A stretch of DNA of 45,964 bases from Blastocystis sp. subtype 4 (lineage: Eukaryota): contig NW_014569498.1 of the NCBI RefSeq assembly GCF_000743755.1, forward strand, positions 1 through 45,964. The letters are read 5' to 3'. Below are positions 24,757 through 38,324 of this stretch, in pieces (position 1 is the stretch's first letter; each line of letters begins with the position of its first letter). A model generated the notes under the pieces. That model did no database searches and was not told the DNA's origin. It saw only the letters and a list, made by a program, of their open reading frames with translations. Made by a program: the position numbers and the translations under genes.

Positions 24757-27442
24757 TTACTTCGCAGTAGCTTCAATAACATAACGGAACAAAATATTAG
24801 CATCCTCTTCTTCAAATGGATACCACATCACGTAATTCACTCCCCACAAATTATTTACTAACATTGTGCTAACACCATAGTTCATATCGGGAGTATTGAA
24901 TGGGCATGGGAATCCTGTAGGTTTTCCAGTAATCGCAATTCCAGCATCAACAGAATGAACAATAAGAGAAGCGTTTTCATATGAATACTCAAATCCATCG
25001 AGTATACCCTGCTGATGAGCATTTCCACGCCGTGCTTGCATATCCATCTGATTCGCCTGCACCTTCTCTCCCAGCTTATCAACCTTCCATCCATCCAAAT
25101 TGGTATCATTCTTGTGAGGAATCACATTGAATATCGTGAACATGGACTCTGGAATACGAGTTGCCGTCTTATTCAGCAACTACAGAATAAGAGACAATTT
25201 CTGGAATTACAATCGTATTGAGATTGATGGAATTGGTACCTCCTTTTGTTTTTAATGTGATGTAGATCTTTTCAGGAGTTCCATACAGCACATGGAAATC
25301 AGACTCGAAAGTGATCAGAATCACAATCTCCGAGGCCTCAGCTGTCTGTCGCACCCAAGCTCCTTGGAACTGACCAAATACCTATCAATTATCACTTTTC
25401 TCCTCATCTACAGTCGCACTTAGATTGTGTACTTCCTCCAAATGGGGCTTGCCAAAATCTTGGGGTCCCCATTCATTCCAGACAATGAAGTATTCTTGGA
25501 GATATCTACTTCTCATTGGAGGAAAAAACATACTTATCATAATCCTTCTTGCTGTATATATCATACTGGAAGAGTGCTAATGCATGTTTATCATCACACC
25601 ACTCTCGTCCATTCGGATCCTTCAATCGAATGATGGCTCCCGTTGTACGAGAGATAGAGAGGATGAAGTCACCAAATGTTAGATCCTCCAACTCATCAAG
25701 ACGTGTGAAGTCAGTCAGATCAGGTTCCTCTGCCTATTCCTTATTCACCTACTCATCTTGCTACAATCATAGCCTTCAATTCACGATTAATATACTGACG
25801 AAGTGGATGATCTCGCAAAGCCTCAAGTGGAGCATCAAATCCCCATCGACGCTGCTCTTGCCACGTGGCAACAGTATTGATATAATTCTGTTTCTTCTCA
25901 ACCAAACATCTGTGGAATGCGTCCTATATCTCACACTCTTCATTGACTACTACATTCGTCCAGTTCTCTGTATCATGAAGGAAACTCTTGATATCTCCAC
26001 CCCAAGTATGCTCTCCATTCAACAGATACAAACGACTGAAATTGTAATAACGACTCTCATTCACATCACATTCTCCTGAAGCTTCACAAGAAGTTCGTAA
26101 AGCATTGATACGACGCATCATGGCCAGCTAGGAATTATTCCTTCTCTTCATTTCGGTTACCTTCTTAGGATCACTTGCACAACCATAAACCCATGTGTCA
26201 CCAATCTCTCCAGTCAGAATAGGTAAACTGGACGGATTCTGATTAACATATTCGGCTGCTCCAACCAGAAACTCATCAAAACTGGAAGCAACCACTTCAG
26301 CGCCAGGGAAGAAGTTCTTGGCAGCGTTGAAAATAGTGGATAACCAGCCACTCTGATAAGGTCCTTGATTATCGTCATTAAACGCAACAAGCATGGCTTC
26401 ACTGTACCCTGGAATAACCACCATTTCCTTAAAATGAGAGATTCCTCTCAGATTTACATCAAAGGTATGCCAGCCACCATATCCATTACGATGATTTAGA
26501 TTGAGAATCATTTCACCGCTAACAGGATCCTTCCATTGATAGATATTTGGGACATTCGGTGGTTGACTCACTACATTCACACCTTGTCGTGGAATGAAGG
26601 TAGCAACAAAAAGAATGATGAAAGGATATGGAAAGCAATTATACCATTCTTCTTCAAAATGGGAATAGCACTCGATGTAGTTCCAGGTACCTATGGTCTA
26701 GAGGAGTATCGACAACATACATCGTTTTGACTGATAAAATGAGAGTCTGTTTTGTTGAAACGATGCTTTAGGCCATTGGACAGTTGAATACCAAAACGAA
26801 TGGAAGACCTAGATAAAACACAACGATTGGCCTCACTCGTCCATAATTTCTAATTCAGCAACATGAGGGAATGCATGCCAAGTAATCCATTCCTTCTCAA
26901 TACATGTGTTCATTGTTTGGATTTGTTCCTATCTCTGATATCATTCTAATAAACCGTACTTCATTAGGGCAGTGAAGTCCTAAACCAGGCGGACAGTCAT
27001 AGAAAAGTGAGATCAACCAAGCCTGTGTAGTAAACTTCATTTGAACTACACCACCGGCTTTAACATAATCCATAGCATCCTACAAAGTAAGTACCGGGTC
27101 AAAAGACACAATACTTTATAGACACGAGGATAAATCTCATCAAAGTAACGATTTACAATATTGACAGTTGTATCAACAAATCCTGCATCAAAATGGCAAC
27201 CATGAATAACGTGAACCTTCGTTACGTTGGCCATTCCCATGTTTGGGTAAAAACAACTTACATCAGCTCCCTCCTTGTAGCAACAACCTCTATCAAGGCA
27301 CATCTGCTTCGAAATATCTAATATATTGGATCTAAGCACGATTTGTCTTACCCTTAAAGCCACAAACAACGGGGTTTTGGATATCGCATTGCATTTCTGC
27401 TAGTACAATGCATACGAAAATCAAAGCAACGAAAGACTTCAT
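24757..27442 (-). CDS. Secreted DUF5054-type glycoside hydrolase-like protein with an N-terminal trefoil (P-type) domain
   Basis: Signal peptide MKSFVALIFVCIVLA; trefoil CDIQNPVVCGFKDISKQMCLDRGCCY...SCFYP; HFDAGF, WITWHAFP, EIGDTWVYGCASDPKK, EHTWGGD and NNLWGVNYVMWYP motifs. Confidence 0.8.
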
Positions 27443-27575
27443 TACAGAATATGCGAGAAAAAACAAACGAAACACTAAAACAAAATCTTCCCGATTTCTG
27501 TCTCGTGTGAAATACAATTGTGTTGCATAAGTGATATTCATCGATTTCCATCATCAAACACGTAATACCCTCAAA

Positions 27576-28774
27576 TTACAAAAGATCATCATCTTCCTCT
27601 ACTTGTTCCAGTTCCTTCCTTTTATCCTATTGGTTACTCTTTTCAGGAAGATATACTTGCAAGTAGTGGCATAATGCATCTAACTGTTTCACTTGGGCTA
27701 GTGCTTTCTTCAGTTCTTTTTTTACTGAAGCCAACTATGCTAACATGATCTCCACACCTCTACTTCAACACTCAGTTCATCAATCCGAAGGTTTTTCTTC
27801 TTCAATTCGGCCTTCTTCTCTCCCATGAGACCTTCGTATTGTTTGACAAGGGCTGACAACTTATCTCGATGTTCTTTGAGAGCCGTGATCATCGTTCCCT
27901 GTTTTTCCATCAAAGTCCGATATTCTGAGACAGCCTTGCGTAAATCCTCTGCATCTTTTGCCTTTTCCGCCAATGAATCCATATATCCTTTCATTTCATC
28001 CATCTGTTTTTCGTAAAGACTCTATCCATGGTCATCCTCCTCATTTCCTACATTCACTTCTGTTAACTTGGCAATCATCTCCTTACTGATTCGAGCTTGT
28101 TCTTGATACTGCTCTAATCTCTGTCTGAATTCCTCTCGAAGAGAACTATTTTCATCTAGCAGCGTCGAATTCGTCTTGGAATTCTCTTCCACCTTTGAAT
28201 TCAACTCATCCAGAGACATCACGAACTTGTCGATCAACTGTTCCCTATCGGTTACATTCTGCTATCTTTCCTACCGTATCCGTTTCTCTTCCATGATCAT
28301 GTTTCTCTCCTTTGTTTTCACGAGTTCTAATTCATCGGAAAGTGCCTTATTCAACTCTTGCAGACGACCGATCAATTCACTACTCTTTCCCACTCGTTCT
28401 CGCACTAGTGATGACCCAATTACACAACACCCACACTTCTCATTTTCTGTCTTTAGAATCTCCTTTTGTTTAACTTCTTTCGCAATATCACTCTCCAAAC
28501 AACGCATATACCGAACCTAGAAGACTCAGATGATAAACACGCATGGATACTGCAGAAAAATAAAGGTATCGCAGTAAAGAATTCTTTTCTTCAACACTCA
28601 ATGGTGACTCATTGATGGCCTGCAACAATGCGGTTTGTTCTTTGCTAAAGACCGACTGTGGAGCTTTTCCTATGCTTTTAGTGGATCGATTTACTCCATA
28701 CGATCTCCTAGCGTGACTTCATCGATACGAGAGCGCAAGGACGAAATAACTATAAAATCCATGTTATCAGGCAT
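27576..28774 (-). CDS. Taxilin-family coiled-coil protein
   Basis: Long coiled coil with LQELNK, ENSSLREEF...LEQY and KQLDALCHYLQ; multiple short introns. Confidence 0.7.
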
Positions 28775-28967
28775 AGTTACTCTGATTCTTCCCCTTATCG
28801 GCCATTTGACTTAGAATGCAGAATGAGAATGATGCGATCTTTCTATCAGAATCAAGATACAACCTCTCCAAATTCATTTCTGAACAAGTTATCTGATTAT
28901 TACCAACACAAGTTGTTCATTTTCCTCAGATAAGGGAGAGGCTTTCACATTGCATTGTTTCACAATA

Positions 28968-29772
28968 ATGAATACTGGTAATTTGATAAGATTTAAATTG
29001 ATTCTAGGGACTTGGACTGAAGAAGAGCATCAACGTTTTTTGAAAGGAATTGAATTGTACGGAAAGAAATGGTGCGAGGTGGTGAAACTAGTACTTCATG
29101 GAAATACATGTCAGTTGTAGATCCCTTCTCGTACACTGAGTCAGGTACGAACACATGCACAGAAATACTTTAACAAGATAGAGAAGGATGTTGGAATGAA
29201 TTGTATCTGATTATGAATAGAAGAAGAAGGCAGATCTGTATGGCCTATCCAATCCAGAGTAAGTCGTGGAGTTTCAATCCCTAATTTGTAGTGAGAAAAA
29301 TGAGCCTATGAAATTACGTAAACGACATCGTGTTGATTATGCCCGTTTAAATGGGACTGAATTGGATTCTGACGAGAGTTCAAGAAGTGAGGGGACAAGA
29401 CATTCCAGGCATAAGGTTCGCGCACATCACCACAAGTTAGAGGTCATTCCTGTTAATAGTCCTCCTGTTACTTGTCCTGTACCATCAGTAACCGCTATGT
29501 TAGCGTATCCCATAAGTAATGATTATACATACCCTCCTCGTCCTGTACCTTATTCACCACATGAAACAAACAACATGATGATGACTATTCCATCAACAGT
29601 GGCAGTACAATCTAAACCGCCTGTTTCAGGTTTTCGTTCACCTCCATTTCCTGTACCTTTATTGTCTTCTGTACCACCTCAACTATTCTATCCAGTACCA
29701 GTAGTACAGTGCCCAGTAATAACAAATATGACAAGTTCATTTACTCCCTCTGTAAAGCAGGATCTTCAGTAA
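28968..29772 (+). CDS. MYB-related transcription factor (SHAQKYF class)
   Basis: Spliced GTWTEEEHQRFLKGIELYGKKW...SRTLSQVRTHAQKYF, followed by a Pro/Ser-rich C-terminus. Confidence 0.9.
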
Positions 29773-29884
29773 CTTTTGAGGATATGTTTGTTGAAATATA
29801 ACATGAAAGTTTGATTCATAGAAGTTAACAAACAGATTCGAAAGAAGTTCCGCATATGCAGACAAAGAACCTACTGTGTTCTTT

Positions 29885-31030
29885 TTATTCTTTGTTGGTT
29901 TCATCCGGTTTCTCCATATCATCCTTTCCTACTGGCAGAATTGCTACATGTAATCAACCCATAACAAATACGTTTCGACAGATCATTCACCGGAGGTCTG
30001 CTATTATAAAGAATAACACCAACAATCGTAATGGCCAAAGCGACGAAATAGATCAAAGTAGGAGGCTATAAAACACATCCAAAACGAACTAATACATCTT
30101 CAAAGAAGAAGAACGTGAGAACGGCCGCAATCACATCTGAAGTCAGTAAATGCATATTCAAGACAACAGCATCATTCTTCTGAAGGAATACCTATTTCAG
30201 ACATCATATCCAATTCTTACTGCTGTAATCACATACATACCAACCAGACAAACCACATATCCCAATAGCAACAATACAACAGAAATACTCCAATCCATAG
30301 TGACAAGAGTGGTTCTTTCAACAATCAACAGTTGAACCAATGTCACAACAGATCCACCAATTCCAACCATTCCTAAGAATTCTTTCCAGTCATCATGCTT
30401 AACTAAGACTTCCTGACAGATGTTGCTAATAGCATACATGATAGCTGCACCGAGGGCCATTGCATCACCAATCACACGATGAGTTCCTTCATTTGCACTC
30501 TTTCTCCAATCATGGACAATCATGATGGCCAAACCAAAGAGACATAGAAAGACGGCAGTATAATGACGCCAATTGAATTTAGAGTGTAGAAACAGCAGAG
30601 AGATCACTACCACAGCCGGAATACACATAGCATCACATAACATAATGGAGAGAATAGTCGTGTATTCGTAAGCTTTTACAACAAGGAAGTTTGCCTCAGC
30701 ATCGATGAATGCAACAATCATATATTTCCACCAAGCAGTCTACAGATAACACCTTATTCCAATTCGTATGTGTAGCTTTGCATTCTTTTTCATTAAACGA
30801 TGCAGAATGAAGAATGCAAGAACAAAGTAATTCCCAAAATTCTGAGTGAATGCTAAGTACACCTATATATGCTATTTTCCAATAGTCTGTACATTCCTAT
30901 TTGCGAGAAACTGGGTGAAGATGCTTGTGCAGGCGATACACACCGAAATCGACTACTTTGGATATTACCAAGAACAAACTACTTGTCCGGTGAAGAAAGA
31001 ACGAACAGGATGCTGGTTTTCAGAAATCAT
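29885..31030 (-). CDS. SLC35F-family (DMT superfamily) transporter
   Basis: WWKYMIVAFIDAEANFLVVKAYEYT, GDAMALGAAIMYAISNICQE, VLNMHLLTSD; multiple TM segments. Confidence 0.88.
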
Positions 31031-31120
31031 ACTCTCCTTTTGCTTTTTCTAGGTTATGGTACTTACAAACAAATCAATTCCCGTGGGAATACAACAAACA
31101 CTCGAAAAGACTAATGTACA

Positions 31121-32141
31121 TTAATCCATCCATGCATCACGCATGTGCTTGCGATACGCTTCAAACGCACCAAAATAGACAGCACCTGCAGTGGAAACAA
31201 GAACAACACGAGTAACCGCTCCTGAGAAGAGTGCTTTGAACCCTTCTTCCTACAGATAAGCCATCCTAAACATTTCTACCCGATAAATCTTCTTGAATGT
31301 TTGCATCACAGACAACTTGGCTTGATTCTTCTCACTGGCACTCAACATCATGCGTGTCTTTACAACATCCATAGGTGTTGTGATAAAAGATGCAATTCCT
31401 GACGAGAGGAAACCCACAGCCATATTCTCCCATAATGTCATATCATCCATATTTGTAATATTCTAATAATCGTACACTCTTCTCACACCTACTCTCGTTC
31501 TCATATAACCCTTACGGAACAACTCATACAGGGTCATCTACAAGTCCAGTATACATTTCAATTCTACTTCAATTGCATCGTAAGGTATATTCTTATACAA
31601 TAATCCTACATATCCAGCATAGAAAGCCTTGATTCCTCCAGACTATCCAGAATGAAACAATCTGTTGAACCTACCCGATAGATGGATTTGATAGCAAACT
31701 TTGTGTTGTAAAAGATGCCCACTTGAAGATGTTGTTTGATCACTTCAAAGGGACTTCGAATGGCCGAGGAAAGTAGCTGAGCTATACGATAAGCATTCTG
31801 AAACATTTCTTACCCATCGAAGCCGAAGCCATGTAAACAAATGGAATCAAACTTTCATTCCCATGAACCATTGGTGTCAAATGACGTTTGAAGTACTCAT
31901 AAATCATCCAGTGAGTACCATACGTTAGAGAAGATCCAACCATAGCAATTCCGAAACCAAGAAAGAGCTTGGAGTTCTTAGCGACTTTAACAGATCCTTT
32001 ACTTGCTTGCAATCGTCTATATCAATTAAAAAGAACAACATGCACAAACGTCTTCATCGAATCCAATGGAAACAGTGCAAAATCAGAAGTAGGACCTGCG
32101 CCCATGCCAGAAAAGAGATTGACTACGAAATTAGAGTTCAT
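31121..32141 (-). CDS. Mitochondrial carrier, S-adenosylmethionine carrier-like (SLC25A26/Pet8 group); start may be 32210
   Basis: Three Px[DE]xxK[TQ][RH] signatures: PLDSMKTRLQ, PFEVIKQHLQ and PMDVVKTRMM. Confidence 0.88.
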
Positions 32142-32378
32142 GGTTATAACCATACTTAGATCAATCTTTCCCAGTTTATATTTATCCAATTTCGTCGTCT
32201 CCTTTGACATTCCGTAGCAGAATGGAAGGAAACCTCGTTTTGATCGTATTCTTTCTCTTTACAAAGAGGCGACAATAACGGGAATCAGGTATTTGTGAAA
32301 TCATGATTCTTTTGAGAAGTCAATTCTGTATCAGATTCTTTTTGGCATACCCTCATCTTCTTCAGAAACAGAGAGATC

Positions 32379-35300
32379 ATGCAAGGAAATAATCAGACCG
32401 TAGGATTGTGTGTTGTAAAGCTAATTCGGCTGTAGGACTATTCATCGTACTATCAGAATCGTCAGCCTTCGACTGGTTGTAATTCCTACTTTTTCTCTTC
32501 TTATCCGACAGATGGAGGCCAAACAGACTACTCTTACAATACAGGTGCTTATAACTATGGAGATGCAAACTACAATCAAACAAACCCATCAGCAGTAGGC
32601 TCTTCTTCAGACCCATCTGCTCCGATCAGTAAGCTTCTAACCAATTCTTTGTTATTTAATTTAGATAATTACAGCTACCCACCGGCTCAATATCCTCCAC
32701 AAACAACGGATCCTTCCAAGCGATTTGATAGTAATTATCCTTCAGGCTCTTATGATGCAAATGCATACTATCCTCCTCAGAATACGAAGCCACAGGGACC
32801 TGGATCCAATCCTGCTACAACTTCTGCTTCATCCTATGTGGATAACTCACATTCATATGTATCTCCAATGCACACTCCTGCTAATCAAACAAAAGAGACT
32901 TCGGGAGACTATTCGAATTACGCCCAAGCTTCCTATCCTCCACAATATGGTACTCCAGGCAATCGTCCTCCTGCTTCTGCACCTCAACCAAATCAACCTT
33001 ATCCTTCGGATTCGTACCGTTCTCGTCCTGCTTATCCAGGATATGATTACACAACATATTCAAAGCCACAAGCTGCTCCACGGGGATACCCACCACCAGC
33101 TGAATACAACTCCTATTCACGATACAATAATCGCGGTTATCCTCCTCCAGCTCCTTCGTACGACCAATATCCTCCACGTTCAGAACCCTACACAGATGTT
33201 CGTCGTAGTCAATTTGGTGAGGCACCTCGTTTCACCCGATTTGACGTTCCATCAGATCCCAAGATGTCGACGTATCCTCCTCCTCTCTGGATTGAACCCA
33301 TAGATCCAAATCCACTTATCCCAAAAACTCACGCGATCGTCGTTCACCTTCTTATCGCCGCTCGCACTCTCGTCACCGATCACCTTCACATCGTCGCTCT
33401 CCATCTCGTCGCTCAGGTTCTGACTATGATTCATCCAAACGTCAACGAGTCAGTTCTCCATCTCGTCATCACCACTCTCCTTCGCGTCATCGTTCACATC
33501 ATCATTCACGTTCTGAATCCCGTTCTCCTTCTCCCGTAGCAGGCGAGTTTGTTCTCATGATGTAACTCATTCATAGTATCATTCCTTCCAGAATCTTCTT
33601 CCAGGAACATCGTTGCTACTCTGATCTCCATCGAGACTTCCCCTCGCTTCACATCTGCAAAGATTTCACTCGACTCGTTGCCTGCTGGCAGAATGACGAT
33701 CAGAGCGAAGTTCCTCTCTTTGGCACTGTCAAACTCACCACACAACATGTACCTGCTGCCACTATGCAGGCCACTGCAGAGGCTTCTTCACTCAACACAC
33801 CCTATGATGTAGCCAAGGTTCATTTACTCACAGAAGGTATCACACACGAAAACGCCAAGTATCGTATCAATGTGAAATTCGCCTTGTTTTCCGGCATGGA
33901 TGTGAGTTCACTGGATAAACTTCAGAAGGGTGAAGAGACTTTCAATCATCTCATTCGTTTCCTTGTTATGAAGTCTGCCAATAAAGGTCAAATCTTCCTC
34001 TCTGGAGGTGTTTTTGGTTTGGTTAACTCTCTTGAGGATGTGAGTGATGATCTGTTGATTGGAAAAGCGATGTAAGAATCAGTGGCTGATTTGATGGATA
34101 GTGAGTATGGTCGTGAGCAACTCCATATAGATCTCTCTCAATGCTCACATTGGATTCGCATGATGGAAGTATGGTATAAGCGAACAGAGACATCTCGTGG
34201 TGAGAAGTGTGATTACCAAGAAGTGACGATCGTATTTATGCCAGATATCTGGTCAGGAGCTCCTCTAATCCCTACGCTTCTTGAAGTGGCTCCCAAGTCT
34301 GTTGCTACTGAAATGTCGACAGAGGATATCGCAGCTGAAGCAGCGGCTGCTGCTGTTTCAACTATTGAGAATGAGAATCCTTTGAAGGATGAAACCGGAA
34401 ATGAAGGAGAGAATTCATCTGTCAAGGATGATGAAGCGAAATCGAGTGATATCGTCGCTCTCTCTGCTGAAGACGGTGATTCTGGAAAAGTTCCAGAGGA
34501 TGAACCATCAGTGAAGCCAGAGGAAATGGAAGAAGAAGACGATGTTCCATTGAGTCGTGAAGGATTGACCATGCTTCGTGTATCGGATCTGAGAATGTTA
34601 CTGAGGCAACGTGGCTTGGTAACCAGTGTAGATGATGAATGATTGGATCAGTTGTAGGGAAATAAGAAGGAGTTGATTGATCGATTGATGGAGAATGAAG
34701 AACAACAGTCAATCCCTCCAGAGTCTGAGAAGGATGCTACACTTCAAGAGATGAATGTTCCAGAATCAGAAACTGATGCTATTCCCTCTATGGAAGCCGC
34801 ACCGGAGGCTGCATCAGCAGAAGCTGAAGTTACACCTTCTGAAGTTGATGCTAGTATCGAGCAATCTCCTTCTGATGCTAATATTGCACAGCCTACTACG
34901 GACACTGCACAGCCTACTGCTGATACAACCCAACCATCGGATCAGCCTATTGGCACCTCAGAACCTGCCCCTGAGACTTCCAATTTGGTCCTTACTCCTC
35001 GTGACAATCCTAATGCAGGACTTACAGAAGTGGAGGAAGTGGATAGTTTTGGCCGCATAGTCCATCGAACAGTGAGTCGAGCAGCAACACTATCGGTGAT
35101 CACAACATTCAATGATACCACGCAGCCCAAAGCAAAGATCCTTTCTCTAGATGGTCTATTGGAATACACCGAGAAGGATATCAGTGAGAAGATTTTTGAA
35201 GTATCCCTTCTTGCTGAGACGTTCAAAGATATGATCCTTCTGCGTTTCGCTCGTGTAATCATGCGAGCATTCACTGAAGCTGTTGAAACGAGAATGCAAA

Positions 35301-35609
35301 TTCAGAATCTGGCAGTTGTAGATGAATCGGCAGCGAAGGAACCGATGGAAGAAGGAGAAATCCCAAAACCTACCAAGACGGAAGAGGTGAAAAATGGACC
35401 TGTTCCTGTCAAGGTGAATCGAGATATGTATGTGGCTTGTCAGTATTTCGATAAGAAGAATAAGGGCCATTTGTCGCAGAGTGAACTTCTCAACATCCTC
35501 TTGGATGCTAATCTCGTTTGTAGTAGAGGAGAAGCAGAAACGATTGTGACTCAGGTTGTTGATGGAGGCAAATTCGAATACCTCAAATTGTTCAAGAGTT
35601 TATCTTCGT
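32379..35609 (+). CDS. CCAR1: CCAR1/DBC1-like protein (YP-rich N-terminus, RS region, DBC1 domain, SAP domain, EF-hand-like C-terminus); stop created by polyadenylation
   Basis: HLIRFLV...IDLSQCSHWIRMMEVWY...EVTIVFMPDIW (DBC1), LRVSDLRMLLRQRGL..GNKKELIDRL (SAP), LSLDGLLEY, FEVSLLAE, CQYFDKKNKG. Ends ...KSLSS + T(35609)-TGAT-TGTTTGTT. Confidence 0.85.
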
Positions 35610-35764
35610 TGATTGTTTGTTTAGTAGTAGAATCTTTGATTATCAACGATTACGATACTCTCTTGGTGGTTTTCTCATATTAGGAATCCATCCATCATCA
35701 TTTTATGTAGGTTCGTGATTCAGACATCTCTGAGGACGAGAGTGCTAATTTGTTTTCTAGAAAG

Positions 35765-35997
35765 ATGCCCAGTCTTGATTATTCTCACCCTCGTGAATAT
35801 GGTCCTGGTTCTCGTTGCTGGTAATTTCTTTGTTATTGGTACATCTGATTTCTAGCCGTGCTTGTGGTAACCGTCGTGGCTTGATCAGAAAGTATGATCT
35901 CATGCTTTGTAGACGTTGCTTCCGTGAGCAGGCACCTAAGATTGGTTTTATTCATGTAATCTATGTCCTTTTCACTCTAATTCTCTAGTACCACTAA
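35765..35997 (+). CDS. RPS29: 40S ribosomal protein S29 (uS14)
   Basis: Three exons give [54 protein letters not shown]; absent from the ORF track. Confidence 0.96.
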
Positions 35998-36070
35998 TTT
36001 GATGAGTTAACGGATGTCCTTCATAGAATCAGTTTGTTTCATCAAACATGCACAATCCCTAAAGTAATAA

Positions 36071-38243
36071 TCACTCATCATCTGAATTCCAATCTTCCTG
36101 CCACTCTCCTTCTCCTTCCTCCCCATTCACAATACCTGCATCAAGCATCTCATTCATCTGCTCTTGGAGAGCAGCAACATCGTCATCGTTCAGCTCAGCA
36201 GCATTCATGTTTGGATTCAGTGCCTCCAGGAACAAACGGAGCATATTATGATCTGCTGGCACATTGTTAGGGACTCGCATTCCTGCCAACTGATTCTCCA
36301 ATTGCTGCTCTAGCTGTTGCTGCCGGAGATCTCCCATGATTTCGTTCATATCAGCAGCTGGAAGTTCATCCGTGAAATCTTAGAATCAACTGACTCCATC
36401 AACTCCCACCTGTTGGATCAACCGTAAATAGATTGTCCTCAATTTCAGATACTTGATAAATACGGTCAAAATAGTCCTGTAAAGCGATAAAATCATCCTT
36501 GTTTTGTTCGACCATAATTCGCCATGCATCCAACTCGGTAGTTTGGATTGCTTCCGAATAACACTCCATCAATAGGGTCCATGAATCGGAGTGGCTCCAT
36601 AGCTGAACATCTCGTTGACAGAAGATCTCCAACACCAACTTAGCATTCTCGTCTTCAGGATCCTGAGCGAATAAAGGGAAATTAAGAACCGTTTCTGGTA
36701 CAAATAGAGAGGAATTCTACAATCACAACACTATTTCATTTCTACCGCATTCTCCTTCATCACCTTTGGCATGCTTGGCCATCGCTTCAGACTCTCTCGA
36801 ATCTGTTCTCGAGCCCGTTCTGTCTCTCCCTGACGATATAAAGCTAATCCGTAATCAAATCCCCAATTAGGGAGAACGATAATCGGAAGAGGTCCAATTG
36901 ATAGAGAAGACTCAGCAATGTGAACCAAAGACTGGAACCGCTTGGCTGAAAGGGCCAAGAATGGAATCAGGAGAAGTGTTCCTGTCGGATCCAGTTGAGG
37001 GAAAAAGGAGTATAAAATGAGGGAAGTATTCAAAGCTGTATCAAAACAGGACTTCCGATAGGACATCTGGACATACAGTCGTAATGTTTTGTAAATGACC
37101 CTAGTTTTTATCGGCTTGATTCATTATTACCGATTCTCTTCTTCAGAATACAAAAACCTAGCCTTTCCAGAAGCGAAATCAAATCGAGGTCCTACCGCCT
37201 TCTCAATTATATAAAGACATCTACATTCCATTCAACAACCCAATTAATACTGTCGTAGTATTTCCAGCACATGTTCAGCATCCTTATACATCAACATAAT
37301 CTGGCACAACTAAACATCACTCAATTGACTCAATTCAACATCAAATGCAACATGTAATAGATAGGGATGTTTCTGATAGAACCGAATGGCCATGTCTCCA
37401 ATATCCTCGGTTAAATATGTGGTTTTGTACGACTTGTACTCCTCAACTAAATGCTGATATTCTGGAGAAGCATGAATCGAATAAAATACAGCATTAGTAT
37501 CATAAGTCACGAGACTGCCTTTGTCAAAATTGAAGGGAGTTTCAACAGAGTCGAAACTAAATCCACCACCTACAATGGATGGAGGACGGACATTACTTGG
37601 CGATGGAGTGATAAAGATGGATGAGGTGGCTGATCTAGAGAATCACTCTCATTCCACACACAGACCCTGCCATAGCTCTACGAATTGCTCGCTGTCTTTG
37701 GCGATAGCCGCGACCCATTGCCTGCTGATTCTACTCCTAACAACTATAAACAATCCCAAACCTCGTCGTTTCCACCAAAACGGGAATTACCCTCTTCTAC
37801 ATCATTCAGCCGTCTACATATTAGCGTAGTTATGAATCCCCACTTCGTGTTGATCTGAAGGATACGACCAAGATCAATCCCACTCATATCTGAAACTTTG
37901 TGATCTTCTTCGAATGTTGGTTCTTCCTGCTGCTCAGCAAGCAGAGCATCCAAAAATGCATCCTCCAATTCCTCTTTTGATGGTTCGGGTTTCGTAACTA
38001 CAGGAACGACCTCAGTAACTTCCTCTGATTCAATGCTTTCTTCTTCCTCATCTTCTTCCTCTTCTTCCGAATCACTGTCCATAAGTGCCTAGAATCACAT
38101 AGATCCTCTAGAGATACAGAAAATGACACCTTAGTTGGTTCCTCGTAATACTCCTCTTCATCGATATCATCATTTACCTCCTCTGCTTCCCTCTTCTTCT
38201 CTTCAATCAGAGCTCTCAATCGAGCAATTTGACGTGCTGACAT
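36071..38243 (-). CDS. TCF25: TCF25/Rqc1 ribosome quality control factor
   Basis: MSARQIARL start, acidic region, SPEYQ, HPY, EENR-like motif, SCFDTALN...DPTG.LLLI, LPNWGFDYGLA and C-terminal LFLEALNP. Confidence 0.8.
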
Positions 38244-38324
38244 AGGATGTAATAGATGAATCCTAAGAATAGGGCTCCCAAAATCGGTTCCCCAATCCCA
38301 CATTCTGTCCAATTTGGTGAAATC

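Noticed and set aside
33270..33539. Hydrophobic His/Val/Leu C-terminus of ORF 32649-33539 as TM segments
   Set aside because: This is an artefact of reading through an intron; the spliced frame is an Arg/Ser-rich region of the CCAR1-like gene.
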